Shown here in pieces: positions 23,419-35,710 of a DNA stretch of 64,000 nt. Below the pieces are notes generated by a model, which did not search any database, had not been told where the DNA came from, and worked only from the letters and a program-made list of their open reading frames with translations. The stretch spans positions 240,996,001 through 241,060,000 of the forward strand of contig NC_086097.1 in the NCBI RefSeq assembly GCF_963921235.1, read 5' to 3'. This stretch comes from Mobula hypostoma. Lineage: Eukaryota. Made by a program: the position numbers and the translations under genes. Positions within the stretch are counted from its first letter, which is position 1. Every line of letters starts with the position of its first letter.

Positions 23419-23770
23419 TGGGCAGATGGGGCTCGTCAGCCGTGGCTGGCAACCCATCTAGAAGGAAAACTCTGATCTGAGACCTCCGCTGCCTTGAGGC
23501 TATACCCAATCACGGGGAAGGCTTTGGGAGTAAGCTCCCCCGAGGAAAAATCTGGAGGTGGAAGTCCCTAAGGCGGTTCTACATTGAGTTCAATGCTGAC
23601 GATGCCACTGGTGTTAAAATGTACCCATCTCCGCTATTTCTTTGCAGCTGCTTGGAGAAGGGGAGCTTGCTACATGGGCAACAGGTTGACTCTATATCGT
23701 ACTGCCCTGGCTTGCATATGGCACCTAGGATGCAACTTCCATGGTCAACCCCAACCAACGGAAAGCCTTT
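23419..23770 (+). mobile_element. Second, 5'-truncated copy of the 15823-16382 repeat
   Basis: Direct sequence similarity to about 16010-16380. Confidence 0.55.
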
Positions 23771-23930
23771 CTTATGGTGTAAATACTGGTACTTAAGCAC
23801 ATTTTACTCTATATCTGTACTTTAACCACTAACTTTATTTTTATATAATTCTTCATAATTGCTGAATGTTATTATTTTGTTGCATGTAGCACCAGCACAC
23901 CACAGCAAATCCCTCATTCACCTAAATGTA

Positions 23931-24236
23931 AAGTAAAGGCATCTGTTAGTCTTGCGAGACCATGGATCTGCGCCTGGAAAGTCTTCACTTTCCAGGGTGC
24001 GGGCCTGGACAAGGTTGTATGGAAGACCAGCAGTTGCCCATGCTGCAAGTCTCCCCTGTTCATGACACCAATGTTGTCCAAGGGAAGGGCATTAGGACCC
24101 ATACAGCTTGGCACCAGTGTCGTCGCAGAGCAATGTGTGATTAAGTGCCTTGCTCAAGGACACAACACGGGCTGGGGCTCGAACTCACGACCTTCAGGTC
24201 GCTAGTCCAATGCCTTAACCACTTGGCCACATGCCC
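23931..24236 (-). mobile_element. tRNA-derived SINE with CORE-like domain and LINE-derived tail
   Basis: Minus strand: A box TGGCCAAGTGG, B box GTTCGAGCC, GTGTCCTTGAGCAAGGCACTTAA and (CTTTA)n tail; TSD-like CACCTAAATGTA (23919-30) / CATCTAAATGTA (24241-52). Confidence 0.8.
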
Positions 24237-24886
24237 ACACCATCTAAATGTATTTGGCAAATAAAGTTGCTCCTGGACGTAGCAGACCCATCGCTTCAAT
24301 GAAGTATGAACTTTTATTCAGGCACGGCTTTCAGTAGTGGGCATCATCAACAGACTTCTACATTTTGGGTGAGATGTAATTGACTGGTTGCCCACCGTAC
24401 CTAATGATGACAAGATTTTTGCAGTTTGGATGACGCGATTTAGTTAATGTGTGGCAGAGCTTTTTTTAAAAAAAAAGTGGAAAAGCCATTGTACTAGGGC
24501 AATTATACTTCCTCGACCTCAGAAGTCTGGGTCCAGTGGTACGAGTAGTTGTCACAACTGGGGTCTTTCTTGGTTCTTCTTCGGAGCCTTGTCACGTCCT
24601 TCGCTCTCCATGATGCGCTGCAGAACTGCTTTCCCTGGCTGCTGGAACTCATTCGTTCAGTCTGACAAAACTGTCTTCGCATGCTTCCATCTCACCAGGG
24701 TTGAGGCCTGCCAGCTATCCACAACTGGTTTAGGCTGCCTGACAAAGCATGTACCAGGGGTGTGGCTGCTACCACATGCCAACACTAAACAGAATGCAAC
24801 TATTTGCAGTATTAAATTCTACTCCTAAATCCTCTTCATGATTAAAATGAACTGGTGTAGATTGTAAGCCAATGCATATTTAACTC

Positions 24887-25613
24887 ACAAACACGAGGAA
24901 ATCTGCAGATGCTGGCAGGCCAGACAGCATCCATAGGATATACTGGTGTGATATACTGCGTCCGGTGCTCCCGGTGCGGCCTTCTATATATATTGGTGAG
25001 ACCCGACGCAGACTGGGAGACCATTTCGCTGAACACCTATGCTCTGTCCGCCACAGAAAGCAGGATCTCCCAGTGGCCACACATTTTAATTCCACATCCC
25101 ATTCCCACTCTGATATGTCTATCCACGGCCTCCTCTACTGACAAAATGAAGCTACACTCAGGTTGGAGGAACAACACCTTATATTCTGTTTGGGTAGCCT
25201 CCAACCTGATGGCATGAACATTGACTTCTCTAACTTCCGTTAATGCTCCTCCTCCCGTTCTCACCCCATCACTTATTTATTTAAGTTCTCTCTCCCTCTC
25301 TCTCTTTTTCTCTATCTGTCCCTCTCACAATAACTCCTTCCCTGCTCTCCATCTTCCTCTGGCGCTCCCCTCCCCTTTTCTTTCTCCCTGGGCCTCCTGT
25401 CCCATGATCCTCTCATATCCCTTTTGTCAATCAACTGTCCAGCTTTTGGCTCCATCCCTTCCCCTCCTATCTTCTCCTGTCATTTCAGATCTCCCCCTCA
25501 CACTTTCAAATCTCTTACTATCTCTTCTTTCAGTTAGTCCTGACGAAGGGTCTCGGCCCAGAACGTCGACTGTGCTTCTTCCTGTGGATGCGGTCCACCA
25601 GCATTTTGTGTGT
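24887..25613 (+). mobile_element. Penelope-like element 3' part (GIY-YIG relic) with a short inverted terminal copy
   Basis: GVIYCVRCSRCGLLYIGET...HLIFxLGSLQPDGMN relic; TSD TGCATATTTAACTC (24873-86) / TGCACATTTAACTC (25614-27). Confidence 0.85.
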
Positions 25614-27574
25614 TGCACATTTAACTCGTGTTAGTTAGTCAGAGCTTTATTATCTTTGTTGAGGATGACAAGATTCCAGTATTACTCCATTCAATGCAAA
25701 ACAGGATACTGGCACTTTAATTGGTAAAAACACAATGACTACATTTAAAATAACATCTGTTACTTAGAATGACATTGAATCATAAGAACAGGCCCATCGG
25801 CACATCTAGTCTGTACCAAACCATTTACACTGCCTACTCCCACCGATCTCCACCCAGACTATTGCCCTCCAAGTGCCTATTCAAATTTCTCTCAGATGTT
25901 GAGATCGACCCCGCATCCACCAGTTGCACTGGCAGCCCGTTCCATACTCCTGCCAGCCTTTGAGTCGAGAAGTTTCCCTCCCGTTCCCCTTAAACATTAC
26001 ACCTTTCACCATTAAATCAAGTTACAGCTGAATTAAAAACAAACTCCTCTAAAATTAAATGAAACAGTGGCTGCCCCACTCACATCGCACATGCCCATGA
26101 TATAAAATATGACTAAATATAAAATATCAAGAATTAAACCTGAAGGTTCAAAAAAAAAGGTTTTAGGTGAATACACTGCAGCTTTAACTAGACAGATCTG
26201 CACTCCCATCAAAATGCTTTCAGTTAAGATCATTTTGATTCACATCCACTTTCCATTATTATTAATCATTTTCTGCGTCTATAGCTATTTGCTTTGATGT
26301 AATCTGTAAAATAGAGAATATTATAAAAAGAGGCAAACAAAGGAAACCATTCAAAACCACATAAGGAAAATCCCATAGTCATAACCATATGTGTTATTGA
26401 AGTAAGATGTCACAACAGCTTATTAAAACATTATGAGACTTCTTGTTAAAATGCCTCTGGAAAGATAAAGGGTAATAATAGGGCCTGCTAAAAGACAGAA
26501 GTGGTCTCAGGCCACCTTAGATCACAGGATAACAGTGGTCAAGAACTCAGAAGGAAAAGAAACTATTTTTTATGATCAGAAGCCAAGAAAGAAGAAAATG
26601 TGAAAAATCTGAATCCAGGATAGAAGTAGCTCCAGTGAAAGCTGGTCATAAAGTGATGCAGCTTGTATGCTGTGATCTCTGAAATGGAGCCTGCAGGCCC
26701 GAGTCAGAGCCTGCTGGAGGCTCGTCAGGGGGTTAAAGGACTGCGTACGTGTGTGGGTGGGGAGGAGGAAAGGGGCTTGCTCTTGCCGTTGCTATTATGT
26801 TGCGTGTCATGTTCTCTGTCATTCGGCCCAGCATCGTGGGCGTGTTGTGTTGGCGCCAGAACATGTAGAGACTGTGGCAGGCACACCATCGTTAGTGTTA
26901 GTTGTTGTTAACGCAAACAACACAGTTCACTGTATGTCGAGCTGCACGTAAACTTGGAATCTTGAATCTTAATGCACATGGCAAACAGCTGAAAAGCCAA
27001 ATTAAACTGCAATCTCGCACTATCTTACACTTTCCAAACACCACACCAACAGTCCCACTGCAAAATAAATACCTTTCACTCACAATAGTGCTGTAATGGT
27101 CTAACGCAAAGGCTTTGGTGGGGTGTGGTTTTCTAACTATAAAACCAGTCCTATGTAATCAGCTTCAAAAATATAATCTAGAAAGACCAGTAACCCCAGA
27201 ATATTAATTGGAGGTTGATTGGTCCCAGGTACATTCGAGAATAAACTACTAAGTGGACCACAAATGCTGCCTTTATGGAAATGTAGGGGGAAAGTATCAA
27301 CAGGAATCAATGTGAACTTTGCACCACACTCTGCTTGATTAATTTAAAACAAAAGTAAGAGGGATTAAATGGTTCAGAGCAAACCTCAACTTATTGCTGG
27401 ACTCAAATTCTAAATAACACACACAAAATGCTGAAGGAACTCAGCAGGTCATTCATGGAAATAAACAAGCAGTCGATATTTAGGGAAGAGACCCTTCAGG
27501 ACTAGTTCAAATCGCGCGCACGTGTGCACATATACACATACCAACGAGCTGAAAAAAAACAAGACAATTTCATG

Positions 27575-28969
27575 ACGCAAACACGAGGAAATCTGCAGGT
27601 GCTGGAAATTCAAGCAACACACACAAAATGCTGGTGGAACGCAGCAGGCCAGGCAGCATCCATAGGAAGAAGCACAGTCGACATCTCGGGCTGAGACCCT
27701 TCGTCAAGACTAACTGAAAGAAAAGATAGTAAGAGATTTGAAAATGGAAGTGGGAGAGGAAGGGGAGATCCGAAATGATAGGAGAAGACAGGAGGGGGAG
27801 GGATGGAGCCAAGAGCTGGAAAGCTGATTGGCAAAAGGAATACGAGGCTGGAGAAGGGAGAGGATCATGGGACGGGAGGCCTAGGGAGAAAGAAAGGGGG
27901 AGGGGAGCGCCAGAGGAAGATGGAGAGCAGAGAAGGAGTAATTGTGAGAGGGAGAGAGAGATTAAAAAAAGGGGGGAAAATAAAAATAAATAAATAAGGG
28001 ATGGCGTGAGAACGGGAGGAGAGGCATTAACGGAAGTTAGAGAAGTCGATGTTCATGCCATCAGGTTGGAGGCTACCCAAACGGAATATAAGGTGTTGTT
28101 CCCCCAACCTGCATGTGGCTTCATCTTGACAGCAGAGGAGGCCATGGATTATTCCCATTCTGATACGTCCACACATTTTAATTCCACGTCCCATTCCCAT
28201 TCTGATATATCCAGAGAAAGCAGGAACTCCCAGAGGCCACACATTTTAATTCCACGTTCCATTCCCATTCTGATACGTCGAGTCGACTGGGGTGATATAC
28301 TGCGTTCGGTGCTCCCGATGCGGCCTTCTATATATTGGTGAGACCCGACGCAGACTGGGAGACTGTTTCGCTGAACACCTACGCTCTGTCCGCCACAGAA
28401 AGCAGGATCTCCCAGTGGCCACACATTTTAATTCCACGTCCCATTTCCATTCTGATATGTCGATCCACGGCCTCCTCTACTGTCAAGTTGAAGCCACACT
28501 CAGGTTGGAGGAACAACACCTTATATTCCATCTTGGTAGCCTCCAACCTGATAGCTTGAACATTGACTTCTCTAACTTCCGTTAATACTCCTCCTCCCGT
28601 TCTCACCCCATTCCTTATTTATTTATTCTCTCTCTGTCCCTCTCACAATAACTCCTTCCCTGCTCTCCATCTTCCTCTGGCACTCCCCTCCACCTTTCTT
28701 TCTCCCTAGGCTTCCCATCCCATGATCCTCTCCCTTCTCCAGCCTCGTATCCCTTTTGCCAATCAGCTTTCCAGCTCTTGGCTCCATCCCTCCCCCTCCT
28801 GTCTTCTCCTATCATTTTGGATCTCCTCCTGCCCTCCCACCTTCAAATCTCTTACTATCTCTTCTTTCAGTTAGCCCTGACGAAGGGTCTCGGCCTGAAA
28901 CGTCGACTGTGCTTCTTCCTACGGATGCTGCTTGGCCTGCTGCGTTCCTCCAGCATTTTGTGGGTGTTG
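27575..28969. mobile_element. Penelope-like element with two long inverted arms
   Basis: Minus arm ~27575-28149 and plus arm ~28288-28969; GIY-YIG ORF 28292..28585; perfect 13-bp TSD AGACAATTTCATG (27562-74 and 28970-82). Confidence 0.9.
28871..28910 (+). ncRNA. Minimal type I hammerhead ribozyme motif (PLE-associated)
   Basis: CTGACGA-stem II-GAAACGTC core with palindromic ACGT stem III; stem I is TAG(T>C)C/GACTG with one mismatch. Confidence 0.65.
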
Positions 28970-28999
28970 AGACAATTTCATGGGTTCTCCTTAGTTATT

Positions 29000-29270
29000 T
29001 ATTGAGATACAGCATGGAACAGGCCTTCCAGCCCTTCGATCAACACCGCCCAGCAATCCCCAATTTAATCCTAATCACTGGACAATTTACAATGACCAAT
29101 TAACCTACCAACCGGTACATCTTTGGACTGTGGGAGGAAACTGGAGCACCCAGAGGAAACCATGCGGTCACAGGGAAAACATACAAACTCCTTACAGGCA
29201 GTGACAGGAATGGAACTTGGGTCATCTGTACTGTAAAGCACTGTGCTAATCACTATGCTACCTTGCTGCC
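29000..29270 (-). mobile_element. V-domain SINE (HE1-like)
   Basis: Reverse complement of the head, V-domain and tail seen at 14383, 36225, 55470 and 63215. Confidence 0.7.
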
Positions 29271-30764
29271 CCTCTTCCGGTACATCAGGAAAATCCTAAT
29301 TAGTAATACTTTGGACTTCATTAACTCTTTTAAGTGCTCAGCTCAATACAGTATTTGATATTAATTTTTGCCATTTCCCTAGAACCATCAGGTTCCTGAA
29401 CCAGCGTGGATAACTTCACTCATCTCAACTCTGAACTGACTCCACAACCTACAGACTCACTTTCAAGGACTCCACAACTCGTGTTCTCAATGTTATTTTT
29501 TTTTATTTGCATATTTTGTCTTGCACATTGGTTATTTTTCCAGTCTTTCATAAATTCTATTGTATTTCTTTACTTTCCTGCAAATGCTCACAAGAAAATT
29601 AATTGTAAGGTAGCATATGGTATAACACACCAAATGCTAGAAGAACTCAGGTGGCATACGCACTTTGAAATAAAATTTACTTTACCGTTCAGGGCAGAAG
29701 TTCCCTCCCTCGAGAGAAGTTTCTGCTGTGCCTCACAATCTAATTTGAATTCTTTTTCCTGGACTTGTATCACAACAAATACAATAAGCATTGATTTAAG
29801 ATCTAAAAAGTCATTTCACATGGTTTTAACTTGTAAAGTAGCATATGCAAGTGGCACATCCACATCAACCTCATCTGTTTCCCTGGTCCCTTGAATGACA
29901 GAATGGGAATGATGACCCAGGGCCCAATAGCAACACCCACAAAAATACGAGAGGATCTCAACAAGTCAGGTAGCATCTGAGGAAAGGAATAAACAGTCAA
30001 CATTTTGAGCAGAGATCCTTTTACTGATAATCCCATGGTCCACTGTCCTCTCCTATCAAATTCCTTAACTTCTTCCACCCATCACCTCCCAACTTCTCAT
30101 TTCATCCCCCTCCTCCACCCACCCACCTTCCCCCTCACTTTTTTCATCCATCACCTTCCATCTAGGATTCCTTCCCAGCCAGCCAGCTTCATATTCTGGC
30201 TTCCTTCCCCGTCCTTTCCAGTCTTGAAGGGTCTCAGCCTGAAAGGCCAACTGTTTATTTCTCTCCATAGACGCTGCCTGACCTGCTGACGTCCCCCAAC
30301 ATTCTGGGTGTGTCGCTCTGAATTTCCGGCATCTGCAGAATCTCTTGGGTTTATCAAGCATTTGCATCAGGATTGAAGTTAGCCTTTCATCTGCCCCCAT
30401 ATTAAAAAAGACTTTCAATGCATGAAAAAAGCAATGTACAAATTAACGTTCCATAAAAGCTATCCAACTAGAAAATTCTTTTGACACCATTAGGTAAAAA
30501 CCATTATCATTATTAAATAGAACAACTGAGTCATCACAACAGTTACTTCCAGCTACGTCTATAATTTACACATACGACTGCCCCTCATCAGTTAGTCAGC
30601 CAACACCTACTAAAGCAGTTACAGGAATAGCAAATATACATCCAAGATAACAGAAACAAGGCATTTCACTGTATGTATCAAAGTATGTGTGACAGATAAA
30701 CCTAATCCTTAATCTAATTGGTAAGCAAAAATCTGCTGGTAGAGCCTGCCTTTCATATCATACT

Positions 30765-31385
30765 AACCGACCAGTGGTGTAATGGCATCAACACCGGACT
30801 GTGAGGCAAGAGGGTCCCAGGTTCAAATCTGGCCGGCACCTTACATGCTTTTCCTCTGTGCTGGGTTGAATATCAAACTAGCAGCTTGGCTTCTGGCTTC
30901 TTCTTCAAAAAAAAAAGACAAAATGCTGAAGAAACGGCAAAGTTGATCTTCTTGGAGCGACGGAGGATGAGAGGTGACCTGATAGAGGTGTGTAAGATGA
31001 TGAGAGGCATTGATCGTGTGGATAGTCAGAGGCTTTTTCCCAGGGCTGAAATGGTTGCCACAAGAGGACACAGGTTTAAGGTGCTGGGGAGTAGGTACAG
31101 AGGAGATGTCAGGGGTAAGCTTTTTACTCAGAGAGTGGTGAGTGCGTGGAATGTGCTGCCGGCAATGGTGGTGGAGGCGGATACGATAGGGTCTTTTAAG
31201 AGACTTTTGGATAGGTACATGGAGCTTAGAAAAATGGGGGGCTATAGGTAAGCCCAGTAATTTCTAAGGCAGGGACATGTTCAGCACAACTTTGTGGGCC
31301 GAAGGGCCTGTATTGTGCTGCAGGTTTTCCATGTTTCTAAGGTTGCTGCCCAATGCGCCCCAAGGCATGGAGAGGAGGAACAACA
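30765..31385 (+). mobile_element. tRNA-derived SINE interrupted by a CR1 3' fragment (~30946-31339)
   Basis: TGGTGTAATGG and GGTTCAAATC boxes; the CR1 insert is near-identical to 62445-62734 and flanked by AAGTTG/AGGTTG. Confidence 0.7.
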
Positions 31386-31413
31386 TATCATACTGCAATG
31401 TCATGAAATTGAT

Positions 31414-31657
31414 AAACACAAGAGATTCAGCAGATGCTGGAAATCTTGAGCAACACACACAAGATACTGAAGAAACACTACAAGTCAGGCAGCATATATG
31501 GAGAAGTATAAGCAGTCAGCATTTTGGGCTGAGATATTTCATCAAGGCAGATGAAACATCAGAACAGATAAAGGATCTTTACCTGAAATGTCGACTGTTT
31601 ATTCCCTCTCCACAGATGCTGCCTGACCTGCTGAGCATATCATCATTCAGTGTGTTG
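31414..31657. mobile_element. Palindromic mini-PLE (two inverted Penelope ends)
   Basis: Inverted arms; TSD TCATGAAATT (31401-10 and 31659-68). Confidence 0.65.
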
Positions 31658-32374
31658 ATCATGAAATTCAGATACTCAGAACTCTCATTATCACCCAGCT
31701 CCGAACCCAGCAAATCAAATTCAGAACAGAACCTTTCATAGCAAATGATGAATGTGTCAATTGCAGAATGCAAAATATTTTTATTGTTAGAGCCAATTCT
31801 CCACATTCAAGAAAAAAAAATGGAATATGACTAGTTATTCTTAGCTTGTTTTGACTTTCATCTTTTCGGCAGTTGGTGGCTACCTCTGTACTTGCATTGA
31901 TCTCAGCATCTTCTAAAATGGTTCAACCTAAGGCTGCATTTCTTAAAGATAATGGCATTAATTTGAAGTTACAAAATTTTAACCTCCCTGCTCCACATCC
32001 ATTCTAATCTGAGAAACTAAATCCAAAAGCTCAAGGACACTTTCGAGATAAGAAAATGGCGGCTATATAGATCACACCAACAGCCAAGTGTAAATCGGGT
32101 TGTTACACGTCTGTTCAATCTCACTCTTGGAAGAGCTGGTCTCAACAAGTGTGAGTGTGCGAGTGACAGAGAAAAATATTGAGAAACATATGGCTTTCTC
32201 CTCCTAATCTAGTAATGACTCAGTATTTCTTAGTTTGATGGAATATCCAATTTTCTTAGGTGTGTACAGAAATCCAACCCCAACTTTAGCACAACACGTT
32301 GTTCACCATCTCAATCTATCACAGCCAATTATGGTCCAATGGCAGCAACTTCATGTGTGCACTGGAGAGCCAGG

Positions 32375-32990
32375 CATAGAACAAAGTACAGGCCCTTTGG
32401 CCCAGGATGTTGTACTGATCCTTTAACCTACTCTAAAATCGATCTAACTCTGCCCTCCATTTTTCTATCATCCATGTGCTGGTCTAAGAGTTTCTTAAAT
32501 CTCCCTAATGTATCTGCTTCTACCAACATTCCTGGCAGGCCGCTCCACACACTTACTACTCTGTAAAAACTTACTTCTGACATTCCCACCACCCCGCTTC
32601 CCCGCCTCCCCATGCTTTCCTCCAATCACCTTAATATTGTCCCTTCGTTTAGCCACTTCCGCACCAGCAAAAGAGTCTTTTGCTATCTACTCAACCCGTG
32701 CCTCTTATCATTTCGTACACCTCTACCAAACCAGCTCTCATCCTCCGTCGCCCCAAAAATCCCCAGCTCACTTAACCTATCCTCACAAGACACGCTCTCC
32801 AATGCAGACAGTGTCAGGGTAAATATCTTCTGCACCCTTCCTATAACGGGACAACTAGAAAAGAACTCGATATTCCAAGTGAGATCTTATAGAGCTGCAA
32901 CATTACCTTGTAGCTCTTAAACTCAATGCCTCGACTAATGAAGGCCAACACACCATATGCCTTCTGAACCACCCTATCAACTTGTGCACC
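32375..32990 (-). mobile_element. CR1 3' fragment (degraded)
   Basis: RVVSVWSGLPGMLVEADTLGRFKKLLDQHM in ORF 32428..32625. Confidence 0.75.
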
Positions 32991-33287
32991 TATCACCAAT
33001 GGACATGGAGCACAAGCTACTTTGTTATTGAAAACTTCAGCAGGCTTCTGGTCAGTACTGGAAGAGTGCTGCTTTGTAAGAAATACCGTCTTTGAATGAG
33101 ATAATGATCTTACTCCAGATGGATAGAGACAAGGTTGTGCTCACAATAGATAGAATCCCCCAAGCCTACTCTGTCATTCAATATCATTACTGATGTGTGA
33201 CCTTTTCCATGCAACTAACTTTACTCATTTTAATTCAGGGAATTTTGTTGTTTTTAAACAGATCTGGGGTGCATCCCATCTTAATTA

Positions 33288-33525
33288 ACACTAGAGATTC
33301 TGCAGAAGCTGGAAATCCAGAGCAACACACACAAAACGCTGGAGGATCTCAGCAGGTCGAGCACTATCTATGGAAATGAATGAACAGTCAACATTTCAGG
33401 CAGAGCCCCGATCAAGAGTTTCGACCAAAAAGCCAACTGTTGAGTCCTCCAAGTAGGGTCTTTCCCTCTTTGCTCATTTCCATACATGGTGCCTGACCTG
33501 CGGAGTTTCTGCAGCACTTTGTGTT
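33288..33525. mobile_element. Palindromic mini-PLE
   Basis: Inverted arms; TSD TCCCATCTTAATTA (33274-87) / TCCCACCTTAATTA (33526-39). Confidence 0.7.
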
Positions 33526-34504
33526 TCCCACCTTAATTATTCCTACAAGAAACAAAGAGACCAAAAAGCAATTACTATATTCAAGATGATTCAATGTTTC
33601 TAATGTGCTGTCTGCATTCCTTTTGCAGTCCACCTGATAAATGCGGTCTAGGCTCATAAAATGATTTAAGATCAAAATCCAATTGGCAGTAATTCAGCAA
33701 AGATGAATTCGAAAAACATTTCAAAATACACAGTTTATATGAGAGAGAGGTTGGAACAGACAACGAGCAAGAATACACTTCTTTCCGCTCTGATATTTTG
33801 GTTTGGATCCAGCTTGGCCAGACAGGATGAAAATCCACTCTATCTTACAGCTGCTAAGGTACTCTGGGAAATGATTTCAGGCACCGATCTCAAAAGCTGC
33901 TCCCAATAGATCTGCCTCCACATATCAAAGTTTCCTGAACAAAACAGATCCAGTTTATAATCTGTAAATGAATAAAACAACTGGTGCAGAAGTCATTTTT
34001 GTGTCTGTTTCTCTGTGGCTGGTGTTCAATGATATACATTAAAAGAACAGAATGTTTAGGGGCTCCCCCCCCCCCACCCAAGCTCAATACTCTGAGCAAC
34101 ATCAAGATGTCACAAAGTACATTTATTACCAATGTACGTCTACACTATACAACCTTGCGATGCGTCTCCTTACCGTCAGTTACAAAATAAGAAACCCATT
34201 TTTAAAAAAACTGACAAACATCCAATGTGCAGAAAGAAGAATAAAAACATAAATCGTGCAAGCAAAAGTAAGGAAATAGAATTTAGAATGAAAGTGAATC
34301 CTCAGACATGGTGTACGGGCAGCCGCAGCAGGCCCTCAGCCCAGTTTAGCACATACTAATCCAGTGAATAATATTCGCTCTACCAAGTCATTCTCTGCGC
34401 AAGAGAAACTGGGCAATTAGTGTTCTAAGAAAACTTTTAACAGTTGAAGTAAAACTTTAAAAAGTACGTTGTTATGTGTGCACTTGCGTTACTTTAACTG
34501 TCAT

Positions 34505-35062
34505 GTTTATAGATGTGTGGTGGAAAATGTGCTGACAGGCTGTATCACAGCCTGATATGGGAACACCAATGCCTTGAAGCCGAAAATCCTGCTAAAGGTA
34601 GTGGATTCAGCGCAGTAAAACCCTCCCAACCAATGAGCACATCTACATGAAACGTTGCTGTAGAAAACCAGCATCCTCTCACCACCCACGCCACGCTCTT
34701 TTCTTGCTGCTGCCGCCAGGTAGAAAGTACAGAAGCCACAGGACACTCACCACCAGATTCAAGAACAGTTACTCCCTCTTAACCATCTGGCTCTGAACAA
34801 AAGGGGAGAACTACGCTCATTCTTTTTCTGCTGTTCCCACAACCGATGGTCTCACTTTAAGGACACTTTATCTTGCAATTTCATGCTCTCGTTATTTATT
34901 GCTATTTATTTACATCTGCGTTTGCAGAGTTTGTTGTCCATTGGTCCTGTTTACAGTTACTGTTCTATAGATTTGCTAAGTATGCCCGCAGAAAAAGAAT
35001 CTCTGGGTTGTATGTGGTGACATGTGTGTACTCTGATAATAAATTTTACTTGGAACTCTGAA
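34505..35062 (+). mobile_element. Rex1/Babar-type LINE 3' fragment
   Basis: YRCVVENVLTGCITA*YGN and LLPPGRKYRS relics; AATAAATTTTACTT end. Confidence 0.75.
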
Positions 35063-35358
35063 CGTTGCTCATCCTGACTGGAAACTTGTTTCAACTCAGT
35101 CTACACAAAGCATTAAACAAAATACCTGTTGGGGTGGCATGGTAGCGCAGTGGTTGGCGAAACACTATTACAGCATCCGAACCCAGGTTCAGTTTTGGCC
35201 CTGTCCCCACATTCTCTCCGTGACCGTGGGTTTCCTCTGCGTGCACCCGTTTCCTCCCACATTCCAAAGACACACAGGTTAATTGGTCACATGGGTGTAA
35301 CAGAGCAGCGCAGGCTCGTTGGACCAGAAGGTCCCATTAACATGCTGCATCTCTGAGC

Positions 35359-35710
35359 CAGGAGCTCCCAACCTGGGGTTCACGGACCCCTTGGTTAGTG
35401 GAACATTCACTCCACTCCATGCTGAACTGAGGCGGAGAGCTTGCACCGGCTGCTGCCGGCTTCGTGTCCGTGGACTCACTTTAGTCCTAAATGCTGTTTG
35501 CTTACTTTTATTGCTTGCACGATTTCTTTACTTTTCCTCTCTCAGCATATTGAGTGATCAGTCTTTTGCTTTTAATGGGTCCTTTTGGGTTTCCTGCTTT
35601 GTGGCCATCTATAAGGAGGCAAATCTCAAGGCTGTATAATGTATACATTCTTTAACATTAAATGTACTTTGAACTTTAAAGGTCCTTGGCATAAGGTCGG
35701 GAACCCCCTG
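35359..35710. mobile_element. hAT MITE related to 13924-13984, carrying an internal repeat insertion
   Basis: CAGGAGCTCCCAACCT...GGTCGGGAACCCCCTG ends; 8-bp flanks CTCTGAGC/CTCTCAGT. Confidence 0.55.

Noticed and set aside
24165..24236. tRNA gene
   Set aside because: It is the A/B-box head of a SINE, continuous with the SINE body and TSD; the same applies to the other tRNA-like heads
28150..28460. Repeated ~35-nt units resembling a CRISPR array
   Set aside because: They are re-copied fragments of the Penelope GIY-YIG sequence in a vertebrate intron; no regular spacers or cas genes
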